This document shows, one piece after another, positions 13,370 to 13,939 of a stretch of 13,939 nucleotides of DNA; position 1 is the first letter of the stretch; every line of letters begins with the position of its first letter. Origin of the DNA: a plasmid; the sequence record NZ_CP064762.1; one strand, 5' to 3'. The position numbers and the translations under genes were made by a program. The notes beneath the pieces are model-generated. The model saw only the letters and a list, made by a program, of their open reading frames with translations, was not told the origin of the DNA and did no database searches.

Positions 13370-13665
13370 CTGTCAATGGTAGCGGACGAGCGTAGCGTGG
13401 GAGCATAAGGAATTGACAGCTCTAAACCAGTCTTAACACTGAAATGGCGAAAGCCAAAGTTTCTATAAAACTTTGCTTTCCTGCCTAACGGCGAGTGAAA
13501 AAGCGGTCAAGCTGGTTCAGCTTGGACGGGGTACGGGGCGTCAGCGCCCGAATTAATGTGGCTTGCCACACCTTTTAGGCAACGAACAGAGTGAGGCGCA
13601 AGGAGCATAGCGACTGGAGTTTAATGTGAGCCGGTTTTTGGCTCACTCCTTTGTATTTTTTGTTT
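13370..13665. other. GC-rich multi-hairpin element: ssoA-like single-strand origin remnant or structured ncRNA
   Basis: Local GC is well above the plasmid background.
- A long hairpin gctgtcaat...attgacagc (13370-13420) carries cgTAGCGTgggagc in its loop, resembling the CS-6 TAGCGT/A loop of ssoA elements.
- A GNRA-looped stem tggcGAAAgcca lies at ~13446-13457.
- Further stems include caaagtt...aactttg, caagctg-gtt-cagcttg and gggcg-tcag-cgccc.
- A terminal stem gagcc-ggttttt-ggctc is followed by a T-rich tail (13628-13660). Confidence 0.35.
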
Positions 13666-13690
13666 TAGATTTTAATCTCGTACAGTGGTG

Positions 13691-13734
13691 CCTCTTTTAT
13701 ACCTCTTTTATAAACCTCTTTTAAACCTCTTTTA
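13691..13734 (+). repeat. Four ~11-bp direct repeats (cctctttta) of the origin region
   Basis: cctctttta occurs at 13691, 13702, 13715 and 13726. This is typical of the DnaA/AT-rich side of Rep_3 iteron origins. Confidence 0.7.
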
Positions 13735-13772
13735 GACCCCTATTGAGGCTTACTCTCCCAAGGCTTATAGAA

Positions 13773-13873
13773 GTTTATCAACGAGGTTTTGTCTGTTTAT
13801 CAACGAGGTTTTGTCTGTTTATCAAGTAGGTTTTGTCTGTTTATCAAGTAGGTTTTGTCTGTTTATCAAGTAG
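13773..13873 (+). repeat. Origin iterons: 4.5 contiguous 22-bp direct repeats (gtttatcaaSKAGGttttgtct)
   Basis: The repeats lie at 13773-13794, 13795-13816, 13817-13838 and 13839-13860, with a half-repeat at 13861-13873. Copies 1-2 read ...caacgagg... and copies 3-4 read ...caagtagg.... Confidence 0.9.
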
Positions 13874-13883
13874 AAATATAAAG

Positions 13884-13939
13884 TTGACTACTTGATAAAC
13901 ATAACCTAAAATTAATTTGTAATCATTAGGAGGTACAGC
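13884..13939 (+). promoter_or_regulatory. repA promoter (TTGACT-17-TAAAAT), an operator formed by the last half-iteron and its inverted copy ctacttgataaac overlapping the -35, and the AGGAGG RBS
   Basis: The -35 is at 13884-13889 and the -10 at 13907-13912. The RBS at 13928-13933 sits 6 nt before the ATG at position 1 if the molecule is circular. The inverted repeat is gtttatcaagtag (13861-13873) / ctacttgataaac (13888-13900). Confidence 0.7.

Noticed and set aside
13480-13560. Possible tRNA, tmRNA or group II intron domain V in the GC-rich region (ggttcag, ggacgggg, GAAA loops)
   Set aside because: There is no cloverleaf and no acceptor or T-loop consensus. No GTGCG...AY intron boundaries or 34-nt domain V consensus could be aligned by eye.
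13773-13873. Tandem 22-bp repeats that could be mistaken for a CRISPR array
   Set aside because: The repeats are contiguous with no spacers. They sit with an operator inverted repeat immediately upstream of a Rep_3 gene, which is the classic iteron origin. There are no cas genes.

Overview
The window is most likely a complete ~13.9-kb circular theta-replicating plasmid of a low-GC lactic-acid bacterium, linearised at the repA start. A Rep_3-family initiator gene occupies 1-936. Its origin lies at the 3' end of the window and reads straight into position 1: four ~11-bp repeats, 4.5 x 22-bp iterons, an inverted half-iteron operator, a TTGACT-17-TAAAAT promoter and an AGGAGG RBS. Cargo, in order:
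(1) A 1481-aa single-polypeptide Type ISP-like restriction-modification protein. Its domains are an N-terminal HEPN/DUF4145-like motif, an Mrr-like 'IYIQSAK' motif, an SF2 ATPase with GKT/DEAH/SGTP motifs, a gamma-class N6-adenine MTase (TPWRVV ... NPPY) and a C-terminal TRD carrying a perfect 3 x 15-bp tandem repeat. It is translationally coupled to a 237-aa methyltransferase-like protein that has canonical AdoMet-binding motifs X/I/II but no catalytic motif IV and no TRD. This pair is the best candidate for an undescribed defence arrangement.
(2) Two type II TA modules, DinJ/YafQ-like and Phd-YefM/RelE-YafQ-like, each divergent from a copy or fragment of the 5' end of a small tyrosine-recombinase gene.
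(3) An IS-scarred region with an IS3-family orfA fragment and another transposase N-terminal fragment. Two 62-bp inverted IS-end-like repeats bracket a GC-richer FtsX-permease + ATPase ABC module.
(4) A small tyrosine recombinase plus an excisionase-like ORF, followed by an orphan RSF1010/MOBQ-like oriT.
(5) A short hydrophobic ORF with its own promoter and RBS, interrupted by an in-frame TAA.
(6) A ~300-nt GC-rich multi-hairpin element with a TAGCGT loop, ssoA-like or an ncRNA, just upstream of the origin.
No rRNA, tRNA or CRISPR was seen.
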